Positions 1 through 9,691 of a DNA stretch of 64,000 nucleotides are shown here, in pieces (within the stretch, counting starts at the first letter, position 1; each line of letters begins with the position of its first letter). The stretch lies in assembly GCA_963748215.1 (NCBI GenBank), contig CAVVHS010000007.1, forward strand, positions 32,001-96,000, written 5' to 3'. Made by a program: the position numbers and the translations under genes. The DNA is from an uncultured Gammaproteobacteria bacterium (lineage in GTDB: Bacteria; Pseudomonadota; Gammaproteobacteria; UBA9214). The notes under the pieces are model-generated. The model saw only the letters and a list, made by a program, of their open reading frames with translations, did no database searches and had not been told where the DNA came from.

Positions 1-233
1 CACGACGTACACCAGGTGGCCCAGATGTTCAGCACGCTGACCTTGCCCTTGAGATCGGTATCGCTGATGGTTGCGCCGGCATCGTCGAGACGCGGCAGCG
101 TAAATGCCGGCATGGGCTTGCCGATCAGCGGCGAGGGTACGATCTTGGGATCGAGACTGAGGCCGCGATACAGCAGACCGGCGAGCAGCAGGAACAATGC
201 CAGCGGGACCAGGTAGCGCAGATAGCGTGTCAT
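1..233 (-). CDS. ccmG: Thiol:disulfide interchange protein CcmG/DsbE (5' part; runs off window)
   Basis: Manual translation from ATG at 233: [47 protein letters not shown]...NIWATWCTS(C); start overlaps ccmF stop. Not in the ORF track. Confidence 0.9.
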   Translation of the reverse strand, partial: MTRYLRYLVPLALFLLLAGLLYRGLSLDPKIVPSPLIGKPMPAFTLPRLDDAGATISDTDLKGKVSVLNIWATWCTS

Positions 234-2237
234 CAGTTGTGTGCTTCCTGTGTCTTGCGGGCTGCCCGGGCGGGCTGCACGGCCTGCTGCCTGAACGGGA
301 GTCGGTAGCGCCGGTCGAGGGCGGCGAACAGGCCACCAATGGCGATCATCAGGCCGCCGAGCCAGATCCAGCGCACGTAGGGCTTGTAGTAGAGACGCAG
401 GCTCCAGTCGCCACCACTACCCAGGCCTTCACCCAGCGATACGTAGATGTCGCGCATCAGGCCGGCGTTGATGCCGGCCTCGGTCATCGGCTTGGTCTGC
501 ACTGTGTAGGTGCGTTTTTCGGGCGTGAGTGTTGTCACTTCCTTGCCTTCACGGGAGACCGCGATGCTGCCCTGGTCGGCCCGGTAGTTCGGGCCCTGCA
601 CGGTACGCACGCCATCGAAGCGGAAGGTGTAGCCGGCCATGTCGATGGACTGGCCCGGCGACATACGGACATCCTGCTCGACATCGAACTGGGTGACGAA
701 GGTGACACCGATAATGAACACGGCGACGCCTAGGTGGGCGAGAACCATGCCGAAATAACTGCCGTTGCCGCGCGCCATGGGATTTTTCAGCAAGGCCTGC
801 AGGCTGGCGCGGCTGCGGTAGCGCTGGCGCAGGCTGAGCACCAGCGACGAGACCAGCCAGGTCGAGAGCATGACCGCCATGCCGGCCCAGGCCGAGAAAT
901 CGTGCAGGATCGGCAGCGCCACCAGCAGGCCGGCGGCAACGCTGACCAGTATCGCCACGCGGAAGGTGCGCAGCAGCTCGGCAGGGGTCGTGGTGTTTCC
1001 AGCGCGTCAGCGGACCCAGTCCCATCAGGAAGATCATGAGCGGCGTGAAGATCGTGAACATGGTGGTGAACCAGGGAAAGCCGACCGAGATCTTGCCCCA
1101 GCCGAAGGCGTCGTAGATGAGCGGGGCGAGGGTGCCGAGCAGGATGAAGGCCGTGATCACCACCAGCAGCAGGTTGTTGCCCAGCAGCATGGTTTCCCGC
1201 GACAGCATCGAGAAGCGTCCACCGCTGGTGACGTCCGGCGCACGCCAGGCATACAGGGCGAGCGAACCGCCGATGACGATGCACAGGAACACCAGAATGA
1301 ACAGGCCGCGCGCCGGGTCGGCGGCGAATGAGTGCACCGAGGTCAGCACGCCGGAGCGGACCAGGAAGGTGCCCAGCAGACTCAGCGAAAAGGCCAGCAG
1401 TGACAGCAGTACGGTCCAGCGCTTGAAGGCGCCGCGTTTTTCGGTCACCGCCAGCGAGTGGATCAGCGCGGTGGCGGCCAGCCAGGGCATGAAGGAGGCG
1501 TTCTCGACCGGGTCCCAGAACCACCAGCCGCCCCAGCCGAGTTCGTAGTAGGCCCACCAGCTGCCGAGCGTGATACCGATGGTCAGGAACACCCAGGCGA
1601 CGGTGGTCCAGGGCCGCGACCAGCGCGCCCAGGTGGCGTCCAGCTTGCCGCCGATCAGTGCGGCGATGGCGAAACTGAAGGCGACCGACATGCCGACGTA
1701 GCCCATGTACAGCATGGGCGGATGGATGGCCAGGCCAAAGTCCTGCAGCAGCGGATTGAGATCGCCGCCCTCGAGCGGCACCGGGAACACACGCTCGAAC
1801 GGATTGGAGGTAAACAGCAGGAAGGACAGGAAGCCGATGCTGATCATGCCCATGACGGACAGCACGCGTGCCAGCACCTCGGCGGGCAGGTTGCGCGACA
1901 GCGAGGCAACCGCGACCGTCCAGCCGCAGAGTATCAATGCCCACAGCAGCAGCGAGCCCTCGTGCGCGCCCCACACGGCGGAGACCTTGTACACCGTCGG
2001 CAGCAGGCTGTTGCCGTGCTGTGCGACATAGGCAACCGAGAAATCGTTAACCAGGAAGGCGTTGACCAGGCAGGCGAAGGCGATGGCGGTGAACGTGAAC
2101 TGGCCCCAGGCGGCCGGTTTCGCCATGGCGACCCAGCGCGGCGTGTTGGTCAGGGTGCCGACCATGGGGAAGACGGCCAGTATCAGGGACAGGCACAGTG
2201 CCAGGATAAGTGCGAAATGGCCGAGTTCTGGGATCAT
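233..2237 (-). CDS. ccmF: Cytochrome c heme lyase CcmF (one frameshift at ~984-987)
   Basis: [10 protein letters not shown] start, [30 protein letters not shown] (WWD) motifs in ORF 549..2705; C-terminus in ORF 233..958; removing one base of the GGGG run at 984-987 joins them. Confidence 0.93.
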
Positions 2238-2705
2238 GGTGTCACCGTCCTCTGCGGCTGCAGCCTTACCGCCGCCTTCCTCGTGCGCGGTCTTCAGCGC
2301 ATCGGCGACCTCGGGCGGCATGTAGTTCTCGTCGTGCTTGGCCAGCACCTCGTCGGCGACGAACAGCCGTCCGCGCCGCAGGCGGCCGTGCGCCACGATG
2401 CCCTGGCCCTCGCGGAACAGGTCGGGCAGGATGCCGGTGTATTGCACGGTGATGGTTTCGGCGTTGTCGGTGATGTCGAAGTTGACGGTCAGTCCGTCGG
2501 ACTGGCGCTTCACGCTGCCGGTGGTGACCAGGCCGCCGACGCGGATCAGGTGATCGGCCGGCGCCTCGCCCGCGGCCACCTTGCTGGGCGTGTAGAAGAA
2601 CATCAGGTTTTCATTGAAGGCCTTGAGGGCGAAGCCGGCGGCGACGCCGACGCCGGCGACCATCAGGCCGATGAGCAACAGGCGTTGTTTGCGCTTGGGT
2701 GTCAT
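2238..2705 (-). CDS. ccmE: Heme chaperone CcmE (reads in frame into ccmF, no stop)
   Basis: N-terminal [33 protein letters not shown] heme-binding motif. Confidence 0.93.
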
Positions 2706-2872
2706 GTCTCTCTCCGCGCGCGCCTGGCGGCGCGTGCAATGTTGGTCAGCAGTTTCCTGCGCTGGCGCAGTGGCAGCACGATGTTGACCAGCAGGATCAG
2801 CAGCGCGATGCCGTAGGATGTCCAGACGTAGAAGGCATAGCCACCCATGTGCAGGAATTCATTCAGATTCAT
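2702..2872 (-). CDS. ccmD: Heme exporter protein CcmD
   Basis: [21 protein letters not shown]... 56 aa, between ccmC and ccmE with overlapping start/stop codons. Confidence 0.9.
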   Translation of the reverse strand: MNLNEFLHMGGYAFYVWTSYGIALLILLVNIVLPLRQRRKLLTNIARAARRARRET

Positions 2873-3609
2873 TTCGCCTCCACAAGTTCCCTGACCCAGC
2901 CGGTATTGCGTTCGCGCTCCAGTACCTCGCAGCGGGCGCGCATCAGCACCACGAAGGCGTAGTACAGCTTGAACGCCAGCGCCATCAGCAGCAGCGGGAT
3001 GAGCATACTGATATGGATCGAGGGTTTGTCGAACTTGGTCACAGTCGGGCCCTGGTGCAGGGTATTCCACCATTCCACCGAGTAGTGAATGATCGGAATG
3101 TTGACGACGCCGACCAGTGCCAGGATGGCCACGGCGCGCGCCGCGGTGCGCTTGTCCTCGATGGCGCCGTACAGGGCAATTACGCCCAGGTAGAGGAACA
3201 GCAGGATCAGTTCCGAGGTCAGGCGCGCGTCCCACACCCACCAGGTGCCCCACATCGGCTTGCCCCAGATGGAGCCGGTCACCAGGGCGAGGAAGGTGAA
3301 CCAGGCGCCGATCGGCGCGCTGCTGATGGCGATCACCTCGGCCAGCTTCATGCGCCAGATCAGGCCGATGGCGCCGGCGCCGGCCATGACGACATAGATG
3401 AACATCGACATCCAGGCCGCCGGGACATGGATGAACATGATGCGGTAGCTCTCGCCCTGCTGGTAGTCGGGCGGCGCCACGACCAGGCCGTAATACAGCC
3501 CGGCCAGGAACAGAAGCAGGGCGGCGCCGGCCAGCCACGGGATCCAGGCACCTGCGATGCGGTAGAAGTGTTTGGGCGAGGCCAGCTTGTGAAAGAAATT
3601 ATTAAACAT
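2869..3609 (-). CDS. ccmC: Heme exporter protein CcmC
   Basis: IHVPAAW, WGKPMWGTWWVWDARLTS, WWNTLHQ motifs. Confidence 0.96.
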   Translation of the reverse strand: MFNNFFHKLASPKHFYRIAGAWIPWLAGAALLLFLAGLYYGLVVAPPDYQQGESYRIMFIHVPAAWMSMFIYVVMAGAGAIGLIWRMKLAEVIAISSAPIGAWFTFLALVTGSIWGKPMWGTWWVWDARLTSELILLFLYLGVIALYGAIEDKRTAARAVAILALVGVVNIPIIHYSVEWWNTLHQGPTVTKFDKPSIHISMLIPLLLMALAFKLYYAFVVLMRARCEVLERERNTGWVRELVEAK

Positions 3610-3610
3610 G

Positions 3611-4294
3611 TCAACTCAGGCTGATGCGTAACGCCGCCGCCGTGGCAAACGGCGACAGGCTCAGGGCCAGTACCAGCAACGCCGCAATCAGCGACAGGTG
3701 GGCGGTGACCGGGAGTCCGGTCGCCGCGGTATCGACGGCGCTGGAGGCGAAGATCAGTAACGGTACATACAAGGGTAGCACGAGTAGCGAGAGGATCATC
3801 CCTCCCTTGCGCAAGCCCACGGTCAGGGCCACGCCCACCGCGCCGATCAGGCTCAGTACCGGGGTGCCCAGCAGCAGGGTGATGAACAGGATCTTGATGC
3901 CCGCGGCCGGCAGTCCGAGAAACACTCCGAGCAGTGGGGAAATGAGCAGCAGCGGCAGCCCGGTGATCAGCCAGTGCGCCAGCACCTTGGCCAGCACCAG
4001 CAGCGACACCGGGTGTGAACTCAGCAGGTACTGTTCCAGCGTGCCGTCCTCGAAATCGGAACGGAACACGCCCTCCAGCGACAGCAGTGCCGCCAGCAGC
4101 GCCGCTACCCAGATCACGCCCGGGCCGACGGCCTGCAGCAGGTTGGGGTTGGCGCCGATGCCGAGCGGAAACAGGCTGGTAACCAGGATGAAGAACAGCA
4201 GCGGGTTGACCATCTCCGCGCGATGCCGCATGGCCAGGATGAGATCGCGCCGGATCAGCAGGGTAAAGGCACGTGTCAGCGAGTGGCGGTTCAT
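3611..4294 (-). CDS. ccmB: Heme exporter protein CcmB
   Basis: PGVIWVAALLA, FRSDFEDGTLE, LLVLPLYVPLLIF; ATG at 4294 overlaps the ccmA stop. Confidence 0.95.
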   Translation of the reverse strand: MNRHSLTRAFTLLIRRDLILAMRHRAEMVNPLLFFILVTSLFPLGIGANPNLLQAVGPGVIWVAALLAALLSLEGVFRSDFEDGTLEQYLLSSHPVSLLVLAKVLAHWLITGLPLLLISPLLGVFLGLPAAGIKILFITLLLGTPVLSLIGAVGVALTVGLRKGGMILSLLVLPLYVPLLIFASSAVDTAATGLPVTAHLSLIAALLVLALSLSPFATAAALRISLS

Positions 4295-4929
4295 GCGGAC
4301 AGGTTGATGCGGTGCACCGTCGCGCGATGCAGGTTGACGGCGTGATGGGAGGTGACGGCCAGCATGCCGCCACGCTGCGTGTGCGCATCGAGCAGCTCCT
4401 CGATGACCTGGATGCCGTGCACGTCCAGCGAGGTGAACGGCTCGTCCAGTATCCACAGCGTGGCGTCGGTGACCAGCAGCCGTGCCAGCGCCAGGCGGCG
4501 TTGCTGGCCGGCGGACAGGTTGCGCGTCGGGACATCCTCGAAACCGGACAGGTCGACCCGCGCCAGCGCCGCCTCGAGGCTTGTTTCATTGGGCCGGCCC
4601 AGGGCACGCGCCATGGCGAGATTCTCCAGTGGTGTCAGGTCGAGCTTGATGCCGTCGCGGTGACCGACGTAGGCCGTGTGCTGGTAATAGTCTGCACCCA
4701 GTCGCTGGATGTCGGTGCCGCACCAGGCAATCATACCGGCATCCGGCAGGCGGATGCCGCACAGGATGCGCAGCAGCGAGGTCTTGCCGCTGCCGTTACG
4801 GCCCTCCAGCAGCAGCGCCTGGCCGGGTTCGAGCCGGAATTCCAGGTTCCGGAACAGGGTGCGGTCGTCGCGCACACACTCCAGTTCCCGGGCCTCGAGA
4901 ATAAACGGGTTACTGCCGGTATCGGTCAC
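4291..4929 (-). CDS. ccmA: Heme ABC exporter ATPase CcmA
   Basis: Walker A GRNGSGKTS, LSAGQQRR, WILDEPFT; first gene of the ccm operon. Confidence 0.95.
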   Translation of the reverse strand: MTDTGSNPFILEARELECVRDDRTLFRNLEFRLEPGQALLLEGRNGSGKTSLLRILCGIRLPDAGMIAWCGTDIQRLGADYYQHTAYVGHRDGIKLDLTPLENLAMARALGRPNETSLEAALARVDLSGFEDVPTRNLSAGQQRRLALARLLVTDATLWILDEPFTSLDVHGIQVIEELLDAHTQRGGMLAVTSHHAVNLHRATVHRINLSA

Positions 4930-5398
4930 GGGTCTTGTGTCTTGTCGGGATTTTTCAGACTGTTGGGGGCGAAATCATACTATTGCCGGTCAGCATTGCA
5001 CCACAACTTATCGCTGCCCTGTGGCACGCCGTTCACAATAATCGCCGCAATGTGGCGAATTGTGGCGCCGACAGCCGTGCGGGACGATGCTGCAGGGTTG
5101 ATGCTCCTGTTGCCGGGCTAAGCAGGTGCGTGTCCGGCACGGGGCCGTTATGCCCGTGCCGCTGGATCCTGCCCGCTTGTCTGCCATCCTGGCGCCGCTA
5201 CATTGCGCCGGATGCCCGTCCGCACGTTGCGGTGCGCCCACCGCCCCGGTTTTTCATGCCCGCCGGCATGCGTGCCTGAAACTGGCTGCTGTCAGGAGAG
5301 ATATCCGGATCAGGGGCGGGCGAATACTGCCACAAGCCACTGTTTATAATGTATAAGTTCTGTACAAACCCTTAACTGCGGGTTCTTACTTAGGTAAC

Positions 5399-5412
5399 AT
5401 GACCTAGATCAA
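5399..5412. promoter_or_regulatory. FNR/Anr-like box upstream of the sigma-54 activator
   Basis: ATGAC-CTAG-ATCAA, 8/10 match to TTGAT-N4-ATCAA, about 110 bp before the ATG at 5522. Confidence 0.4.
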
Positions 5413-5521
5413 TTTGCGACAGTTCTGTCAGTGCTAGATTGTGTCCAGCTGTCTAACCTGACAAAAATGACACTTGCAACAGCTACTGCGGGGGCAGGCT
5501 GTGCGGTGAGGAGAAATAATA

Positions 5522-6898
5522 ATGGACATACATACCAAGCCGTTACCGTTCGAGCTGCAATCGCTGGTCGAGACGCATGCCAAGCCGTTTGTTGTGGTTG
5601 ATTCCGGGTACCGGATACTCGCTGTGAACTCTGCGTATGAAAAGACCTTCGGCATTGCGGCCGCAGACGCTGTTGGCAAATTCTGCCACCAGGTCAGTCA
5701 CAGCAGCGCGGTACCCTGTAGCGAGATCGGTGAGGATTGTCCCCATGCCAGCCTGTACAACAATCGCACGCCGACGTCCTGCCTGCATAACCACTTCGAT
5801 ATCAATAATCGTGCGTGCCAGGTCCGGGTATCCGCCTTTCCCCTGCGCGGCAGCGACGGGGAACTCTACATGGGTGAGTTGGTCGAGGAGCTCAACCCGC
5901 CGGCCGATCGGCGCATGAATGGCAAGCGCATGGTCGGAAAAAGCCGCCCGTTCCTCGCCTGTATCGAACAACTGAAAGTGGCGGCGGCGACCGATGCGCC
6001 GGTGCTGGTGCAGGGCGAGACCGGGACCGGCAAGGAACTGGCGGCCAGACATATACATCTCCACTCCTCGCGCAGAGAACAGCCGTTTCTGACCGTGGAC
6101 TGCACCGTGCTTACGGACACATTGTTCGAGGCGGAGGTGTTCGGCCATGCGCGTGGTGCCTTCACCGGCAGTGTGGGCGAACGCATCGGGCTGTTCGAGC
6201 AGGCCAATGGCGGCACGCTGTTCCTGGACGAGGTCGGCGAGTTGCCGATGTCGCAACAGGCCAAGCTGCTGCGTGCGCTGGAATCCGGACAATTTCGACG
6301 CGTCGGCGGCAGGCACCAGCGTAAAAGTGATGTGCGCATCATCTGCGCGACCAACCGGCATTTGTGGGATGGCGTGAAGGCCAGCCAGTTTCGCGAGGAT
6401 CTGTATTACAGGATTGCATGCATGGCAATCCGTATGCCGCCGCTGCGGGAACGGCTGAACGATATTGATGTCCTCGTGGCAAGCCTGCTGGAGCGGATCA
6501 GCGAGATCATGAAGCGGCATTTCATAGTCGAACCCGAGGCGATTCAGGGGCTGAAGCAACACGATTATCCGGGCAACATACGTGAATTGCGCAATGTCCT
6601 GTTTGTCGCAGCGTCGCGCAGTACCAGGAATGTGATCACCACTGATACGGTAGCCGCGGTGCTCGAAGAACAGCGGCGGGATCGACAGCACGAGCTGCCC
6701 GATACCAGCGGCCCGTCTCGGGCTGCAGGGCATGCGCGGCCCGGCAAGAAAATGACGCCAACACTGAAGGATGTCGAGGCGCAGCATATCGCCGAGCTGT
6801 TGCAGAAGCACAATCACAGCCGCAAGCTGGTCGCCGTGGCGCTGGGTGTCAGCGAGCGCACCCTGTACCGGAAGCTGAAACGTTATGCGCTGAACTGA
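5522..6898 (+). CDS. PAS-domain sigma-54-dependent transcriptional activator (Fis-type HTH)
   Basis: N-terminal PAS with Cys/His (CHQVSH...C...CPH), GETGTGKE, GAFTGS, LFLDEVGE, PGNIREL, C-terminal LGVSERTLYRKLK. Confidence 0.93.
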   Translation: MDIHTKPLPFELQSLVETHAKPFVVVDSGYRILAVNSAYEKTFGIAAADAVGKFCHQVSHSSAVPCSEIGEDCPHASLYNNRTPTSCLHNHFDINNRACQVRVSAFPLRGSDGELYMGELVEELNPPADRRMNGKRMVGKSRPFLACIEQLKVAAATDAPVLVQGETGTGKELAARHIHLHSSRREQPFLTVDCTVLTDTLFEAEVFGHARGAFTGSVGERIGLFEQANGGTLFLDEVGELPMSQQAKLLRALESGQFRRVGGRHQRKSDVRIICATNRHLWDGVKASQFREDLYYRIACMAIRMPPLRERLNDIDVLVASLLERISEIMKRHFIVEPEAIQGLKQHDYPGNIRELRNVLFVAASRSTRNVITTDTVAAVLEEQRRDRQHELPDTSGPSRAAGHARPGKKMTPTLKDVEAQHIAELLQKHNHSRKLVAVALGVSERTLYRKLKRYALN

Positions 6899-6953
6899 CA
6901 GCAATGACGGTGCCGGGCTGTCAGTATTGTCTAACAAGCCTGTTTCCTGTTGT

Positions 6954-7082
6954 GGCTCTTTCCCAAATCGAGTGAATAGATTACCGTTGTACGGCCGAAT
7001 TCATTCGGCCAACAACCTTGCCATCAGAAGGAATGCGTCTCGTCTAAATTGATGTGTTACCCACTCAATCAGGGGAAGATCC
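6954..7082 (-). mobile_element. Miniature inverted-repeat element, family A, internally deleted copy
   Basis: Reverse-complement matches both ends of the 8811-9190 and 16666-17055 elements, joined at TTGGCCGAATGAATTCGGCC. Confidence 0.8.
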
Positions 7083-7087
7083 CTTGT

Positions 7088-7453
7088 GCCGTATTCTGGA
7101 TGCATACCATCACGGCCGAGGCAAACCCGGTCTAATGACGTGTGCCTGAACTGCCACAGTGACGAATCCGACGACGTGTTCACCCCCAGGGATGAATGGC
7201 CCGGTCACACCATGAAAGGTGTCGTGTCACGCCAGACCATGGACAAGTTGCAGATTGCGCTGCCGGGCAAGGTGTTCAGGACCGGAACTCGCTCAGCACC
7301 AGGTGCCGCAGTTGCCATGGCCACGAGAGGAGCCATGTCCAGTGCAGCGGCCCGAATGGCCGGGAGAGGAAGGACTGCCTGATCGAGGGCCGCGTTGCCG
7401 GGAGTGTCCGGGTCAGTGTGTCGACGTAACTGATCGGCAGCATCTGCGGCTGA
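7088..7453 (+). pseudogene. Decayed C-terminal fragment of a paralog of the 1761-aa multiheme cytochrome
   Basis: Across frameshifts reads AVFWMHTITAEANP/NDVCLNCHSDESDD...VSRQTMD...GKVF/...CRSCH...LIEGRVA...ICG*, colinear with AVSWMHTYTDEADP..DVCRNCHGDESDE...VSRVAMD...GQVF...CTTCH...LIQGRVS...GCGW. Confidence 0.85.
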
Positions 7454-7675
7454 TAAGGTCTATGCCCAGCAGTGCAAGGGGTAGGGATTTACTCCGCTTT
7501 ACGCAGCGAGACGAATGCATCGCTGCGACGTCGACGTTCACTGCCAGTATCCTTCTCAACAAGCGTGGCGGTACTTCCGTGGGTGTTGCGGGTCCTGTCC
7601 CTTGCCTTTTTTCACCAGTGACTTCGCGATGCGACGTGGGTGCGCTTTACCCGGCGTGCTGACGACGGGCCTGTG

Positions 7676-8128
7676 TCAGTTGCCGTTGCCAATCGCCGCG
7701 CGCAGTTCTCCGATATTATCCTGCAGGCGCTGCATGGCGAGCTGGTTGCGCTGCTGTACCAGCTGCGGAACGATGGTGATCACCTTCTGTCCGGTCGGCG
7801 TGATGTAGAAGGCATTCATGACCTTCAGTTCATCCTCGCTGAAGGTCTGCATGTACATTCGCGCCAGGTCATCCCTGATCGCATCCCAGCCGATATATTT
7901 TTCCAGAAAGGCCATCAGGACATCCTGCTTGGACGCAAGTCCCGGGTCCTGACGAACCTGAAGCTGCGCGACGGACGCTACGCTTTCGCTGATCTTCTGT
8001 TCCATGTGCGTCAGCTGGAACAGGGTTTCGACCGCCTGGCGGTGGCTGTCGGGTTCAGCCGCCTGCAGGGCCGGGCATGTCAGGGCGGCGGCCAGCAGCA
8101 GGCCGAGGTAGAAAGGGTGTGGTTTCAT
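7676..8128 (-). CDS. Exported DUF2059-like protein
   Basis: Signal peptide MKPHPFYLGLLLAAAL..., YMQTFSEDELKVMNAFYITPTGQK motif; start overlaps the upstream TlpA stop. Confidence 0.75.
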   Translation of the reverse strand: MKPHPFYLGLLLAAALTCPALQAAEPDSHRQAVETLFQLTHMEQKISESVASVAQLQVRQDPGLASKQDVLMAFLEKYIGWDAIRDDLARMYMQTFSEDELKVMNAFYITPTGQKVITIVPQLVQQRNQLAMQRLQDNIGELRAAIGNGN

Positions 8129-8652
8129 TGTGTCGTCTCCTGTTCCTGTAACAGTTGCCTGATGAGGGACAGCGTTTCCTCGCTGTCCCATTGGGGTGTG
8201 CTCTGTACCCAATAGCGAATGCGTCCGTTGCCATCGAGCAGAAAGCTGGTCGGCAGCACCGTCATGTCCCATGCCTCGAAAAGTTGTTTGCGTGTGTCCA
8301 GCAGTACGGGCAGATCGAAATCGACCAGCTTGACGAATTTCCACACTCGGAATTCTTGTTCGCCGACGTTGACCGCCAGGATTTCGAAGGGCTGGCTGGG
8401 AAAAGTCTCCTTGAGGCGTTCCAGCTCCGGCAATTCCTGTATGCAGGGCGGGCACCAGCTGGCCCAGAAATTCACCAGTACCACCTTGCCGTGGTAATCC
8501 TCCAGGGAATGCATCTGGTCTTGCAGGTCGGGCAGGCTAAACGCGGTGTCAGCATGAGTGTTCTCATGCGGGACGAGCGCGGGCCCGGCCAGCGCCTGTG
8601 TCAGTGCCATCCAGAACAGGGTTATCGCCAGTGGTATCGATGCAAGTTTCAT
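8125..8652 (-). CDS. TlpA/ResA-family thioredoxin
   Basis: Signal peptide, VLVNFWASWCPPCIQELP, ILAVNVGE, LPTSFLLD. Confidence 0.9.
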   Translation of the reverse strand: MKLASIPLAITLFWMALTQALAGPALVPHENTHADTAFSLPDLQDQMHSLEDYHGKVVLVNFWASWCPPCIQELPELERLKETFPSQPFEILAVNVGEQEFRVWKFVKLVDFDLPVLLDTRKQLFEAWDMTVLPTSFLLDGNGRIRYWVQSTPQWDSEETLSLIRQLLQEQETTQ

Positions 8653-8708
8653 ACGCGTGTTTTTATTAAATATGCAGGGAAATTATACACCCATGCGCGA
8701 TGGATAAA

Positions 8709-8804
8709 GGCCACGAAAACACACGGAATAACGAATGCAGTGAGGCATGAGACGTGAGTCGTGAAAGATAATGGCCACGGAATCCACGGAAGGACACGGA
8801 AAAA
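8709..8804 (+). repeat. CCACGGAA-type short repeats, same motif as in the 34-35 kb array
   Basis: GGCCACGAAAACACACGGAA...ATGGCCACGGAATCCACGGAAGGACACGGAAAAA and a TGAGACGTGAG motif. Confidence 0.65.
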
Positions 8805-8810
8805 TAAAAT

Positions 8811-9190
8811 GGATCTTCCCCTGATTGAGTGGGTTAATTACTCAATTTAGACGTGACGCATTGCTTCTGATGGCAAGGTTATTGGCCGAATGAATTCGGC
8901 CAGCGTTGTTTCTGTAGGGTCGAATTCATTCGACCAGCGGTGTTTCATTCGAGCAGGTATGCTGCGGTGATATCCGTAAACAAAAGAATGACGACCGCGG
9001 GTAACCGAGGTGATGCATATAGACTTGATGGTGCAGGGAATGACGCTCACCTGCGCAATGCGTCACAGGACAGGGCGACCTCCTTGTCTACAATGACAGC
9101 AGGCTGTTGGTCGAATACCCGATAAAGCGCCGGGCACAAGTGAATTCGGCCGTACAACGGTAATCTAGCCACTCGATTTGGAGAAGAGCC
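8811..9190 (+). mobile_element. Miniature inverted-repeat element, family A, with REP palindromes and RAYT remnant
   Basis: Ends GGATCTTCCCCTGATTGAGTGG and CCACTCGATTTGGAGAAGAGCC; highly similar to 16666-17055. Confidence 0.8.
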
Positions 9191-9287
9191 AGATAAAGAC
9201 ACCGGCCAGGGCGGCAGATGCGTGTTCAGCGGTGCATGATCAAGACCCGGCAAAACCCTTCCGCAAGGCCGGGAATGCCACACCTGG

Positions 9288-9324
9288 CAGACATTCGTGT
9301 CAGTCATGCTGACAGTAATGGCTG
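9288..9324. promoter_or_regulatory. Tandem candidate enhancer (UAS) sites
   Basis: CAGACA-TTCG-TGTCAG (9288-9303) and CTGACA-GTAA-TGGCTG (9309-9324), 21 bp apart, upstream of the -24/-12 promoter. Confidence 0.55.
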
Positions 9325-9398
9325 ACCCGCAGACAGGCGATGCTGCCCGTATTCAGACTGCATTCGGCACATCAACACCTTAACAGAACACGGGGCAA

Positions 9399-9414
9399 TG
9401 GCATGAAAGTTGCT
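9399..9414 (+). promoter_or_regulatory. Sigma-54 (-24/-12) promoter
   Basis: TGGCAT-GAAAG-TTGCT with exact GG-N10-GC spacing, upstream of the 1761-aa gene. Confidence 0.8.
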
Positions 9415-9691
9415 GTCCTTTTAAGCAGAGACAGCGAAACGAACAAGCACAGTTCCTCGCGGGTTTGTTTCATATAAGCACAGACAGGTGAAGGCAGAGG
9501 CGCAGCCTTTGGGGGATTTGAGTTGATAACCCGGCCAGTTACCACAAGGCAGGGGACAACTTGAAAACAGAGACTGCCGCATTATCGTACTGCACCGAAA
9601 CAATATTTATTACCGTTGCAACAGCAGCACGGCTTGCCGGGCGCTGTTTGGCTTAGTCATCAGAAAAATATTTGTCAGGAGGGGCAGGATA

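Noticed and set aside
7455-7560. Possible decayed thioredoxin fragment on the minus strand (RILAVNVD)
   Set aside because: Only a short motif match; cannot be separated from chance.
9249-9285. c-di-GMP-I riboswitch-like GGCAAAACCC...GGG
   Set aside because: Lacks the GCAAAGC junction and second stem, and lies upstream of the sigma-54 promoter.
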